A DNA stretch of 64,000 bases, from positions 15,281 through 79,280 of the forward strand of contig JAQYRL010000011.1 in the NCBI GenBank assembly GCA_028725765.1. Direction: 5' to 3'. This document shows positions 52,602 to 61,245 of this stretch, piece after piece. The stretch is from Clostridiales bacterium (GTDB lineage Bacteria > Bacillota > Clostridia > Peptostreptococcales > Anaerovoracaceae). A program made the position numbers and the translations under genes. How positions within the stretch are numbered: position 1 is the stretch's first letter; every line of letters begins with the position of its first letter. The notes under the pieces were generated by a model. The model saw only the letters and a program-made list of their open reading frames with translations. It did no database searches and was not told where the DNA came from.

Positions 52602-53459
52602 TTATTCCTCCGTGGTCGTATTTTTTTCGAGTTTTCTTGCTATAAGTGAGGAGATTCCATTTAAAATTAATACAAGAAGCATCAAAACAGTTGCGGTTGC
52701 ATAGGTCTGCTTAATATATAGCCCCTCTCCCGAAAGAACATACATATGAACCGAAAGGCTTCTACCTGAGTTAAGCATGGATGCCATAGGTTTTGCGATA
52801 GTGCCGGCTGTGAATACGAGGGCAGCCGACTCCCCGACAATTCTTCCGACAGCTATGATTACAGCGGACAGGATGCCGGGAGTCGCCGGGCGCAACATTA
52901 CCTTGAAAATAGTTTGCACCCGGGTGGCTCCGAGAGCCAGGCTGCCCTCTTTGTAACTGACAGGCACCATCCTCAGAGCCTCCTCTGTGGTCTCCATTAC
53001 AATTGGTAAAATCATTATTCCAAGCGTTAAACAACCGGAAAGAATCGAAAGCTGTAAACTCAAATATTTTACAAAGAATAATGCGCCAAAAAGACCATAT
53101 ACGATGGATGGAACACCTGCAAGTGTCTGCGTTGCTAACTTTATTATTTTAGCAAGTTTACTTCCTTTTTTTACATATTCAACCATATATACCGCTGCAC
53201 CTATTCCTATAGGCACCGACATCAAAAGTGTAACCACTACCATCGCAACAGTATTAACAATCGCAGGCATCATGGACACATTCTCGCTGTTATATTCCCA
53301 TGCGAAAAGTTTTGAATTTAAATTTGGTATACCATTTACCAAAATATATATTACAATTGTGAGAATCACTGCAAGCGTAATAAGTGCCCCGCCCTTAACG
53401 AAAAATCTTGGTAAGAATCCTGGTTTAAATATCTTTCTCACTACTGATGTCTTCTTCAA
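52602..53459 (-). CDS. pstA: phosphate ABC transporter permease PstA
   Basis: 285 aa, 6-TM permease with EAA-like loop [17 protein letters not shown]. Second permease gene of the operon. Confidence 0.9.
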   Translation of the reverse strand: MKKTSVVRKIFKPGFLPRFFVKGGALITLAVILTIVIYILVNGIPNLNSKLFAWEYNSENVSMMPAIVNTVAMVVVTLLMSVPIGIGAAVYMVEYVKKGSKLAKIIKLATQTLAGVPSIVYGLFGALFFVKYLSLQLSILSGCLTLGIMILPIVMETTEEALRMVPVSYKEGSLALGATRVQTIFKVMLRPATPGILSAVIIAVGRIVGESAALVFTAGTIAKPMASMLNSGRSLSVHMYVLSGEGLYIKQTYATATVLMLLVLILNGISSLIARKLEKNTTTEE

Positions 53460-54319
53460 TTTAAACTCCTCCTCAAAACAAGCGAGAATGTCAGGTTAAC
53501 TATTAATATGAAAACAAAGAGCACGGCAGCCGTAGCAAGCAAAGCCTGCCTATGTAGGTCTGTGGCATAGCCCATTTCAATTACTATATTACCTGTCATT
53601 GTTCTAACTCCGTCAAGCACACTCTTAGGTATGATCGCCTGATTACCTGCAACCATTATAACGGCCATAGTTTCACCTATTGCTCTTCCTACCCCAAGTA
53701 TTACCGCCGAAAAAATTCCGCTGCGTGCAGCCCTCAATTTGACTGCAAAAATACTTCTTTCATGTGTAGCTCCAAGCGCAAGACTGCCTTCATAATATCC
53801 CGGATCTACTGCCTTAAGAGATGCTTGAGAAATTGCAACTATTGTAGGCAAAATCATGATACCAAGAAGAACAGATGCTGCCAAAAGACTCATACCTTGA
53901 GAGTCCAAATTATTTCTAATAAGTGGCACCAAAACTACCAGTCCGAAAAATCCGTAAAGGACTGATGGAATGCCTGCCATAAGATTTACAAGTCCCGAGA
54001 AGACAGAATAGAACTTCTTTGGGCAATACTCTGCAAGGTAAATTGCCGTCATAACACCAATCGGTGCACCAATCAAAACTGCACCAAGCGTAACATATAT
54101 ACTTCCTATTATCATAGGGAAAATTCCAAATTGATTATTCGCAGGCTTCCAAGTCTGACCGAATATAAAATCAACAAATCCTATTTTACCTATAGCCGAA
54201 AATCCGTTTGCAAATATGAAAATCGAAATCAGTATTACAGCTGCAACGGATACTAATGCTGAAATTAGGAAGGCAACGCTAACGATGCCTTCCCTTATTT
54301 TTTTATTATATTTACTCAT
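53456..54319 (-). CDS. pstC: phosphate ABC transporter permease PstC
   Basis: 287 aa, permease with [17 protein letters not shown] loop. First permease gene after pstS. Confidence 0.9.
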   Translation of the reverse strand: MSKYNKKIREGIVSVAFLISALVSVAAVILISIFIFANGFSAIGKIGFVDFIFGQTWKPANNQFGIFPMIIGSIYVTLGAVLIGAPIGVMTAIYLAEYCPKKFYSVFSGLVNLMAGIPSVLYGFFGLVVLVPLIRNNLDSQGMSLLAASVLLGIMILPTIVAISQASLKAVDPGYYEGSLALGATHERSIFAVKLRAARSGIFSAVILGVGRAIGETMAVIMVAGNQAIIPKSVLDGVRTMTGNIVIEMGYATDLHRQALLATAAVLFVFILIVNLTFSLVLRRSLN

Positions 54320-54384
54320 TATTTCCTGCTTTTATTTTTTAGAAAAACTTTTCGAATTAATGAACATCCAGAAGTTTTGATAGC

Positions 54385-55287
54385 TTACTTCTCGATTTCA
54401 GACCATTTTGTGATCTTGCCTGTGAAGATATCTTTAACCTGCTCTAGAGTTAGCTCTTCCTGTTTGCTATCCTTGTGAACGATTACTGCAATTCCGTCCT
54501 TTGCAATTACAGTTGCCTTAACTCCCTGGTCAGTCTCTGTATCCTTAAGATCTCTTGATGCCATTCCGATGTCAACGCTACCGTCAATTGCTGATGTTAC
54601 ACCTGTAGTTGAGTCGGACTGCTGTACCATAACTTCAACCTTAGGGTTAATTTTCTTGTATGCTTCAGCAAGTTTCTCCATGAGAGGTGTTACAGAGCTT
54701 GATCCACCGATAGTTATCTTTCCACCTTCGTTAACAGCATCGGAAGCCTCATACTTACTAGCTTCTGTAAGCTCTATATATCCATTCTCAGAAACAGTTT
54801 TCTGCCCCTCTGTGCTTAGTATAAAGTTGATAAAGTCTTTTCCCAGCTCGCTCAGATTATCTCCTGTAACTAGGTTGAAATTTCTAGCTATAGGATATTC
54901 TCCCTTTTGAATATTCTCAACTGTTGGTTCAACGCCATCAATTTTGAGAGCCTTAACAGTGTCATTTAGTGATGCAAGTGAAATATAGCCTATGCTTGCT
55001 TCGTCTTCTGATACAGATGTCATAGCAACACTTGTTGAGTTTGTAATTACTGCTGTATCAACTGTATTGTCGATCTTTTCACCTTGATCGTTTTTCTCTT
55101 CAATTCCAACAAGTTCGATAAAAGCACCTCTTGTGCCTGAACCCTCTTCTCTTGAGATTACACTTATTTTGTCGTTTTTCTCACCATCATCTCCCGATTT
55201 TTCATCGCCACATGCTGACAAAACAATTGATGCGCTTAGTACCATCGCTAATGCCAAAATCAGTGATAAAATTCTGCTTTTCTTCAT
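54385..55287 (-). CDS. pstS: phosphate-binding lipoprotein PstS, motifs in circularly permuted order
   Basis: 300 aa with lipobox LSAC. PstS motifs REEGSGTR, ASIGY, IDGV...GEYP, GGSSSVTPL, DIGMASR and IFTGKITKW are all present but in rotated order. Confidence 0.85.
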   Translation of the reverse strand: MKKSRILSLILALAMVLSASIVLSACGDEKSGDDGEKNDKISVISREEGSGTRGAFIELVGIEEKNDQGEKIDNTVDTAVITNSTSVAMTSVSEDEASIGYISLASLNDTVKALKIDGVEPTVENIQKGEYPIARNFNLVTGDNLSELGKDFINFILSTEGQKTVSENGYIELTEASKYEASDAVNEGGKITIGGSSSVTPLMEKLAEAYKKINPKVEVMVQQSDSTTGVTSAIDGSVDIGMASRDLKDTETDQGVKATVIAKDGIAVIVHKDSKQEELTLEQVKDIFTGKITKWSEIEK

Positions 55288-55362
55288 TTCTTTTAGTTCC
55301 TTTCCGGTTAATTTAATTTATTTTATTTAATTCAATTACAAATCTAATAATATATGCGGAAA

Positions 55363-55401
55363 GTAATGTCTGTTATCACCTTTTTGTAAAGTTTATGTAA
55401 A
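55363..55401 (-). promoter_or_regulatory. Pho-box array (PhoP binding repeats) upstream of pstS
   Basis: Minus strand TTTACA-taaac-TTTACA-aaaag-GTGATA-acaga-CATTAC: four hexamers at exact 11-bp spacing, 76-114 nt upstream of the pstS ATG. Matches the TT(A/T/C)ACA repeat logic of the Bacillus PhoP box. Confidence 0.6.
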
Positions 55402-55451
55402 ATCGTATTTTCTAACAAAATATTTCTCTGCCAAACGGAAGGTTTCATTCT

Positions 55452-55488
55452 ATAAAAAAAAAGCATAGCCACTCGAAGCGACTATGCC
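55452..55488 (-). terminator. intrinsic terminator after the rubrerythrin gene
   Basis: Minus strand GGCATAG...CTATGC hairpin followed by a run of nine T. Confidence 0.7.
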
Positions 55489-55538
55489 TTGATTTTGAAT
55501 ATTTTGTTATTCTATGCGGTAAAAAGCCCGCAATGCGA

Positions 55539-56078
55539 TTAATAATTCTCAGGTTTGATCTGGAAGAAACTTTGTGGGTGCTTACATGCTGGACATAGTT
55601 CAGGAGCCTTCTTTGCAACTGTAATATATCCGCAGTTAATGCACTGCCATGCAACTTCTTCTTCTCTCTCGAATACTTTGCCTTCCTTAAGGTTAGCAGC
55701 AAGTTTTCTGTATCTTTCCTCGTGCTTTTCCTCAACATCAGCAACTAATCTCATCTGAGTAGCAATATCCTTGAAACCTTCTTCGTCTGCAACGTCAGCA
55801 AATCCAGGATACATTTCTGTCCACTCGTAGTGCTCACCCTCAGCTGCTGTGATTAGGTTTTCTGCTGTAGTGCCGATACCTTCAGCTGCCTTATACCAAA
55901 GCTTTGCGTGTTCTTTTTCGTTCTCAGCAGTTTCTTCAAAGATCTTAGAAATCTGAACATATCCGTCCTTCTTTGCCTGAGAAGCAAAATATGTGTACTT
56001 GTTTCTTGCCATTGATTCGCCACCGAAAGCAGCCATCAAGTTTTCATAAGTTTTTGTTCCCTTTAAATCCTTAGCCAT
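55539..56078 (-). CDS. rbr: rubrerythrin
   Basis: 179 aa with ferritin-like diiron motifs ([18 protein letters not shown]) and C-terminal rubredoxin CINCG...CPAC. Confidence 0.93.
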   Translation of the reverse strand: MAKDLKGTKTYENLMAAFGGESMARNKYTYFASQAKKDGYVQISKIFEETAENEKEHAKLWYKAAEGIGTTAENLITAAEGEHYEWTEMYPGFADVADEEGFKDIATQMRLVADVEEKHEERYRKLAANLKEGKVFEREEEVAWQCINCGYITVAKKAPELCPACKHPQSFFQIKPENY

Positions 56079-56104
56079 AATAAACCTCCATTAAATTGTT
56101 TGCA

Positions 56105-56524
56105 TTATTTTTTATTCTCAATGTCTGCACAATTATCGCAGACATAGGATAACATAGTTTCGGAAATCTCGAACTTATCGGGTTCAAGATTGAATGCCTT
56201 AGCGATTGCTATCTTTACATTATCAATTGATTCCTCACTCACGGGAAATATATCCTTAAGTTCTCCACAGGAACTGCATCTAATATGGAAATGCTCCGCC
56301 ATTACAGAGTCGTATCTATCACTTTCCCCTGGTATGGAAATTTTCTGAATTTCACCAAGTTCAACCAATTTATTGAGATTCCTATACACAGTTGCAATCC
56401 CAATAGTAGGAATGGACTTCTTCGCTTCTCCATAAATCCATTCAGCGGTAGGATGTACATTATTATTTTGAACGATTTCGAGGATAACGTCCCTTTGTTT
56501 GCTTTTTCTTAGATTTTCAAGCAT
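56105..56524 (-). CDS. Fur-family transcriptional regulator, PerR-like by context
   Basis: 139 aa with winged helix IATVYRNLNKLVELG and structural Zn cysteines CSSCG and CDNC. Lies upstream of rubrerythrin and divergent from the superoxide reductase gene. Confidence 0.75.
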   Translation of the reverse strand: MLENLRKSKQRDVILEIVQNNNVHPTAEWIYGEAKKSIPTIGIATVYRNLNKLVELGEIQKISIPGESDRYDSVMAEHFHIRCSSCGELKDIFPVSEESIDNVKIAIAKAFNLEPDKFEISETMLSYVCDNCADIENKK

Positions 56525-56624
56525 GGCCCACCTCCTAAATCGATAAATTGCATAAATAGTGGTTATTAAAATATATTCGTCGTTCTTTGAATATGATTAC
56601 CGTTTTTTGTATGCGTGCACTAAC

Positions 56625-56639
56625 TGATAACCATTATCA
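56625..56639. promoter_or_regulatory. Fur/PerR-type 7-1-7 operator
   Basis: TGATAAC-C-ATTATCA, one mismatch from a perfect inverted repeat, about 100 nt upstream of the Fur-family gene. Confidence 0.55.
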
Positions 56640-56874
56640 TTTATATAGAGTATATCTCGTTTCAATGTATTTGTCAACATCTAAAAGAGTCATATTAACT
56701 ATATTTTATAGAATCATCAACTACAGCTCTCTAACTTTCAAATAAAAGTTAAAATAAAGTCTTATTTTCATTTTAATGTTTAAATAGTGACTTTTATGTC
56801 TATAAATGCTATATACGGCTTAGAGACGTAGAATAAAAAGTAATATAATTATTAATTGTTTTAGGAGGTTAGAA

Positions 56875-57255
56875 ATGGTAAAAGTTTATAAATGTCAAGA
56901 ATCAGGAATTGTTGTTGCTAAGATTTATGGTGCAGATGATCATGCTCCATCTTGCTGTGGTAAAGAAATGGTTGAGTTAAAGGCTAATACTGTAGATGCT
57001 GCACAGGAAAAGCACGTTCCTGTAATCGAAAAAGATGGAAATAAGGTTGTCGTTAAGGTAGGAAGCGTTGAGCACCCTATGACTGAAGAGCATCACATTG
57101 GTTTCATTGCTATTGAAACTTGCTGTGGCCTCAGACTTGCTGAGCTTGACCACACTGGCAAACCTGAAGCTACTTTCTATCTGGGCGAAGATGAAGAACT
57201 CAAGGCTGCTTACGAATACTGCAACCTACACGGACTTTGGAAAGCTGAAGCATAA
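56875..57255 (+). CDS. superoxide reductase (desulfoferrodoxin-type, centre I site altered)
   Basis: 126 aa with centre II ligand contexts EKHVPVIE, VEHPM, HHIGF and CNLHGLW. The N-terminal desulforedoxin-like domain has C7, S10, C27, C28. Confidence 0.9.
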   Translation: MVKVYKCQESGIVVAKIYGADDHAPSCCGKEMVELKANTVDAAQEKHVPVIEKDGNKVVVKVGSVEHPMTEEHHIGFIAIETCCGLRLAELDHTGKPEATFYLGEDEELKAAYEYCNLHGLWKAEA

Positions 57256-57305
57256 ATTTTTAAGGAGGCTTTTGTCCTATTAGAGTTAATCCAAACAGAA
57301 ATTTC

Positions 57306-57341
57306 AAAAACGGCTTGCTCATATGAGCTTGCCGTTTTTTT
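57306..57341. terminator. bidirectional intrinsic terminator between the superoxide reductase gene and the RelE/ParE gene
   Basis: AAAAACGGC-TT-GCTCA-ta-TGAGC-TT-GCCGTTTTTTT long hairpin flanked by A-run and T-run. Confidence 0.8.
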
Positions 57342-57362
57342 ATTCTTATTATATGTAAGTTC

Positions 57363-57665
57363 TTAAAAATTGCTAGGTGAATATCTAATCGTTAAGATAA
57401 GCACCTCCTTCTTTTCCTCGACCACACAATAAATTATAGTATATTTTTTATAAAATAACTGCCTATAGCCTTGATTTTCATAAGCCCCTACTTGTCTTAT
57501 CGATCCTCGTTCTGGAAAAGTTTCCAAACTCAGAATTGTATTTTCAAGTTCGTCAATCATTTTAAATGCTGTATTTGGTTCTAGCAAAGAATCAGCAATA
57601 TATGCATAGATTTCATCCAAATCTCTATATGCACGAGGGTAGAGTTTTACAACATATTTATCCAA
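57363..57665 (-). CDS. type II toxin, RelE/ParE family
   Basis: 100 aa. MDKYVVKLYPRAYRDLDEIYAYI ... ILTIRYSPSNF is typical of the ParE/RelE plasmid-stabilisation fold. 8-nt overlap with the upstream antitoxin gene. Confidence 0.8.
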   Translation of the reverse strand: MDKYVVKLYPRAYRDLDEIYAYIADSLLEPNTAFKMIDELENTILSLETFPERGSIRQVGAYENQGYRQLFYKKYTIIYCVVEEKKEVLILTIRYSPSNF

Positions 57666-57921
57666 AATGCTTTCTCCTCAAAGCCGAAAATGCATCTCGT
57701 GCATTAAGTAATTCTTGCCCTTCGGTAAGCTCTCTTTCAGCGTCACTTATAGCTAGATCATCTTGTATAGTCTTCAATATTTCTTCATATGCCTCAATAC
57801 TCATTACAACTAAATCACCATAGCCATTTTTTGTAATGAAAACAGGCTCATGATTCTCGTGACACATCTCAGAGATTTCAGTGGTATTTCTTAAATCTGT
57901 AATTGGTCTAATGCGTGGCAT
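57658..57921 (-). CDS. type II antitoxin, Phd/YefM family
   Basis: 87 aa. ITDLRNTTEISEMCHENHEPVFITKNGYGDLVVMSIEAYEE matches the Phd/YefM N-domain. Confidence 0.8.
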   Translation of the reverse strand: MPRIRPITDLRNTTEISEMCHENHEPVFITKNGYGDLVVMSIEAYEEILKTIQDDLAISDAERELTEGQELLNARDAFSALRRKHFG

Positions 57922-57934
57922 AACATCCTCCTTA

Positions 57935-57969
57935 TTTTGTACATAATTATATCATTATTAAGTACAAAA
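57935..57969 (-). promoter_or_regulatory. candidate toxin-antitoxin promoter/operator (inverted repeat embracing a TATAAT)
   Basis: TTTTGTAC-19 nt-GTACAAAA perfect 8-bp inverted repeat. The minus strand spacer contains TATAAT. 14-48 nt upstream of the antitoxin ATG. Confidence 0.45.
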
Positions 57970-58006
57970 TACCAGGCTTGCCTCACTTAGCAGCTCTAAT
58001 TTCTTT

Positions 58007-59311
58007 CTATCTCGGAAAAGTACAGTTATATCTTTCCTCATATGCTGCAATTAGCTCATCTCTAAAATCCGGATGCGCAATATTTATAAGCGCCTCCGCT
58101 CTCTTCTTCAGCGTTTTTCCTCTCATTTTTGCAATTCCGAATTCGGTAACTATATAGTCGACGTCATGATTTGTTGTTGTTACCATAGATCCAGCGGTAA
58201 TATCTGGAACTATCTTGGAAATCTTGCCCTTTGAAGCTGTTGAAGGGAAGGCTATGATTGATACACCCTCATTAGCCATTGCAGCTCCTCTGACAAAATC
58301 CACCTGACCGCCGACGCCAGAAAATATTTTGTGCCCCATCGTTCCCGCAACGACCTGACCAGTTAAATCGACCTGGATTGCCGAATTCAAACTTGTGATT
58401 CGTCTGTTTTTTGAGATAACAGCAGGATTATTCACAAAGTCAACACTAGCCATGTATATCGAAGGGTTATTATCAACAAAGTCGTACAATCGCTGTGTGC
58501 CCATTAAGAATGTAGATACAGAAAGGTTTGGCATGTAAGACTTCTTTGAATTATTGATAACTCCGTTCTCTATGAGATCAATTACACCGTCAGAAAACAT
58601 TTCAGTATGCAATGCCAAATTCTTCTTATCACCAAGGAATGTCAACACTGCATCTGGTATCGCACCTATGCCAAGCTGAAGAACAGCCTCATCTTTGATA
58701 AGCGAAGCACAGTATTCTCCAATTTTCTTCTCAATATCACCAATTGCAGGAGGTTGAAGTTCTGGTAACTTATGATGTGATTCTACAATTGCATCAATTT
58801 CGTTTATGTGAATCATGGAATTTCCAAGTGTTCTAGGCATGAATTTGTTAACCTGCGCAATTACAATGTCCGCTTCCTGCGCTGCCGGCCTTGTGTAATC
58901 TATAGAAACTCCGAAACTACAGTATCCATGCTCGTCAGGTGGTGTAACCATTATCATTGCTACATTAACATCTATGAGTTTTTCTCTGAAAAGTTTTGGT
59001 ACTTCATGGAAAAATACTGGAGTAAATTCAGCAAATCCGTTTTGAACAGCCTTACGAGTGCTTCCACCTGCAAATAATGAATTGTAAATGAAATGCCCCT
59101 CATATTTTTCTTTGGATAATTCCCCTGTAAAAGGGACCATCTGAACAATTTCGACATCCTTATAATTTTGATAGTTTTTGCTCAATGCTTCTACAAGTTC
59201 CTGTGGTTCGCCCATTGCATGCCCAAGAACAACCGTATCCCCATCCTTGATCAGCTTTACAGCTTCATCTGCTGTCATTTTCATCTTATTGTATTTGTCT
59301 TTCCAGTTCAT
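58007..59311 (-). CDS. acetyl-CoA hydrolase/transferase family protein (4-hydroxybutyrate or butyryl-CoA:acetate CoA-transferase-like)
   Basis: 434 aa. N-terminus KMTADEAVKLIKDGDTVVLGH and conserved SGVGGQVDFVRGA motif of family I CoA-transferases. Confidence 0.8.
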   Translation of the reverse strand: MNWKDKYNKMKMTADEAVKLIKDGDTVVLGHAMGEPQELVEALSKNYQNYKDVEIVQMVPFTGELSKEKYEGHFIYNSLFAGGSTRKAVQNGFAEFTPVFFHEVPKLFREKLIDVNVAMIMVTPPDEHGYCSFGVSIDYTRPAAQEADIVIAQVNKFMPRTLGNSMIHINEIDAIVESHHKLPELQPPAIGDIEKKIGEYCASLIKDEAVLQLGIGAIPDAVLTFLGDKKNLALHTEMFSDGVIDLIENGVINNSKKSYMPNLSVSTFLMGTQRLYDFVDNNPSIYMASVDFVNNPAVISKNRRITSLNSAIQVDLTGQVVAGTMGHKIFSGVGGQVDFVRGAAMANEGVSIIAFPSTASKGKISKIVPDITAGSMVTTTNHDVDYIVTEFGIAKMRGKTLKKRAEALINIAHPDFRDELIAAYEERYNCTFPR

Positions 59312-59523
59312 AGTTTAATTTTATGATATTCTTGTATCGCTATCATAATCTCCTTCCATTTTATATTTTTAATTTATACACTCAATTTATATAATTCTTA
59401 ACGCTAGTTGTGCTATATATACCCCTATTAAGCTCTTATCATCATATTTAGACAAAATAATTAGGAGCGCGCTAATAAAATTAACACGCTCCACCTCACT
59501 TCTATCATTCTAAAATATACTCC

Positions 59524-61245
59524 TTAGTATACAAAACTTTCTGCACTTTGGGATTTTTTGATTAGATTTTTATAGACCTCCGATGTTTTTAAGAGTTCAG
59601 CATGCGTTCCCTGCGACTCAACCCTGCCTTTATCGAGCACAACTATTTTGTCAGCATTTTCAATCGACTTCATCCTGTGCGATATTATTAAAACAGTTTT
59701 GTTTTTCACGAGTTTATTAAGGGAATCCTGGATTTTCTTTTCATTGTCAACGTCAAGGCTAGCCGCAATTTCATCCAAAATCAGTATCGTAGCATTTTTT
59801 AAAAACGCCCTCGCTATAGATAGCCTCTGCCTCTCACCACCGGAAAGTTCAGCGCCGTTTTCACCTATAATGGTATTATAACCTTGACTTAATTCGCTTA
59901 TGAATTCCTCACAATTTGCTAGTTTCGCGGCCATCATTACTTCCTCATCTGTCGCAGCCTGTCTTCCAATTCTTATATTTTCCATCACCGTTGTATTAAA
60001 GAGCGTAACATCTTGAAAAACAATTGAAATTTTACAAAATAGCGAGTCAGTTGAAATATTTTTAATATCCTTTCCATCAATCAGAATCTGTCCATCATCG
60101 TAATCATACAGTCTTGAAACTAGGCGTAAAATACTTGTTTTGCCGCTGCCGCTCGCTCCGACAAGGGCCGTTACTTTCCCCTGTTTGGCGGTAAAACTGC
60201 TCCCATTAAGGACCTTCGTGTCATCATTATATGAAAAATATACGTCCTTAACATCTATATCAAACCTCGAAATTTCACAGTCCACACCTTGCTGTAGCTT
60301 CTGTTCCCTGATTTCCCTTATTCTTTGAATCTTAGGTGTTAAATAATAAATCTCCATCACGCCTTCTTTTGAAGCATCCACCGCATCTTTTATTTTAATC
60401 GCAGCGAGAAAATATCCAATTAGATAAAGCACGCTCAGTTCACCGTTTAAAATTAACTTAGTGCCTACAAATATCACTACTGCCAAGCTAATAAATCCAA
60501 ATAGGGTTGATACACCCAAAATAGCTGCTCCTGCTGACTCCGTTTTGAACTGTATTCTCTCGCTCTCATCCATCTTAGCATAGAGGTCCGATTGCATTTC
60601 ACTTGACAGGTCGTAACTTTTTATTTCCATTTGCATTTCAATATTTTCTTGGAAGGCCTCCGAATTTCTTCGTAGCACGTCATAATGTTTTTGAAATCCC
60701 TTTGTCTGTAATTTTTTTGATAATGGAATAAACAAAAAACTAATTAGTGTTGGAGCTATAACGGCAATTCCCATTTTCCAATTTCCTATAAGCATCATGA
60801 TTGAGATGAGCGGAAAAAACATAAAGAATCCACCAAGTTTTGGAATGGAATGGCTCATAGCATGCTCAATGCCCTCAATATCAGCCATGATTGTTTGCGA
60901 AATGTCAGATAAATCATGCTTAGAAAAATACGATAGCGGAAGTTTCGATAAGTATTCAGCCGTTTCAATTCTCAAATTAGCACTTTCTTCATAAGTTGTA
61001 CTATAAAGCTTATCATATTCAATGTGCAGGAAAACGAACATAATCACAAGTGTTATGATGGAAAATGCCAAATAGAACAAATTATTTTGTGGTATATCCT
61101 CCAGTATTTCTTGTGCAAAAAACATGAGCAAAATAGCTGGCACCATGTTGATACAATATACCAAAAATGAAGCTATCGTTGCCTTAGAGATGTTCTTCGC
61201 CCCCTTATCCGTAAGTGCGAATCTTTTTTTATAGAACGACTTCAT
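59524..61245 (-). CDS. ABC exporter half-transporter (fused TMD-NBD)
   Basis: 573 aa with 6 TM then NBD: Walker A GASGSGKTS, signature LSGGERQR, Walker B ILILDE. Confidence 0.9.
   Translation of the reverse strand: MKSFYKKRFALTDKGAKNISKATIASFLVYCINMVPAILLMFFAQEILEDIPQNNLFYLAFSIITLVIMFVFLHIEYDKLYSTTYEESANLRIETAEYLSKLPLSYFSKHDLSDISQTIMADIEGIEHAMSHSIPKLGGFFMFFPLISIMMLIGNWKMGIAVIAPTLISFLFIPLSKKLQTKGFQKHYDVLRRNSEAFQENIEMQMEIKSYDLSSEMQSDLYAKMDESERIQFKTESAGAAILGVSTLFGFISLAVVIFVGTKLILNGELSVLYLIGYFLAAIKIKDAVDASKEGVMEIYYLTPKIQRIREIREQKLQQGVDCEISRFDIDVKDVYFSYNDDTKVLNGSSFTAKQGKVTALVGASGSGKTSILRLVSRLYDYDDGQILIDGKDIKNISTDSLFCKISIVFQDVTLFNTTVMENIRIGRQAATDEEVMMAAKLANCEEFISELSQGYNTIIGENGAELSGGERQRLSIARAFLKNATILILDEIAASLDVDNEKKIQDSLNKLVKNKTVLIISHRMKSIENADKIVVLDKGRVESQGTHAELLKTSEVYKNLIKKSQSAESFVY

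Noticed and set aside
55445-55744. 99-aa minus-strand ORF overlapping the rubrerythrin 3' end
   Set aside because: It is an out-of-frame overlap with a well-supported rubrerythrin gene, and it spans that gene's terminator.
56838-56858. PerR-box-like AT palindrome TAATATAATTATTAAT just upstream of the superoxide reductase gene
   Set aside because: It matches the TTATAATnATTATAA consensus at only about 10 of 14 positions, and it overlaps a probable TATAAT -10 box. That is too degenerate to call. The 56625-56639 box is much better.
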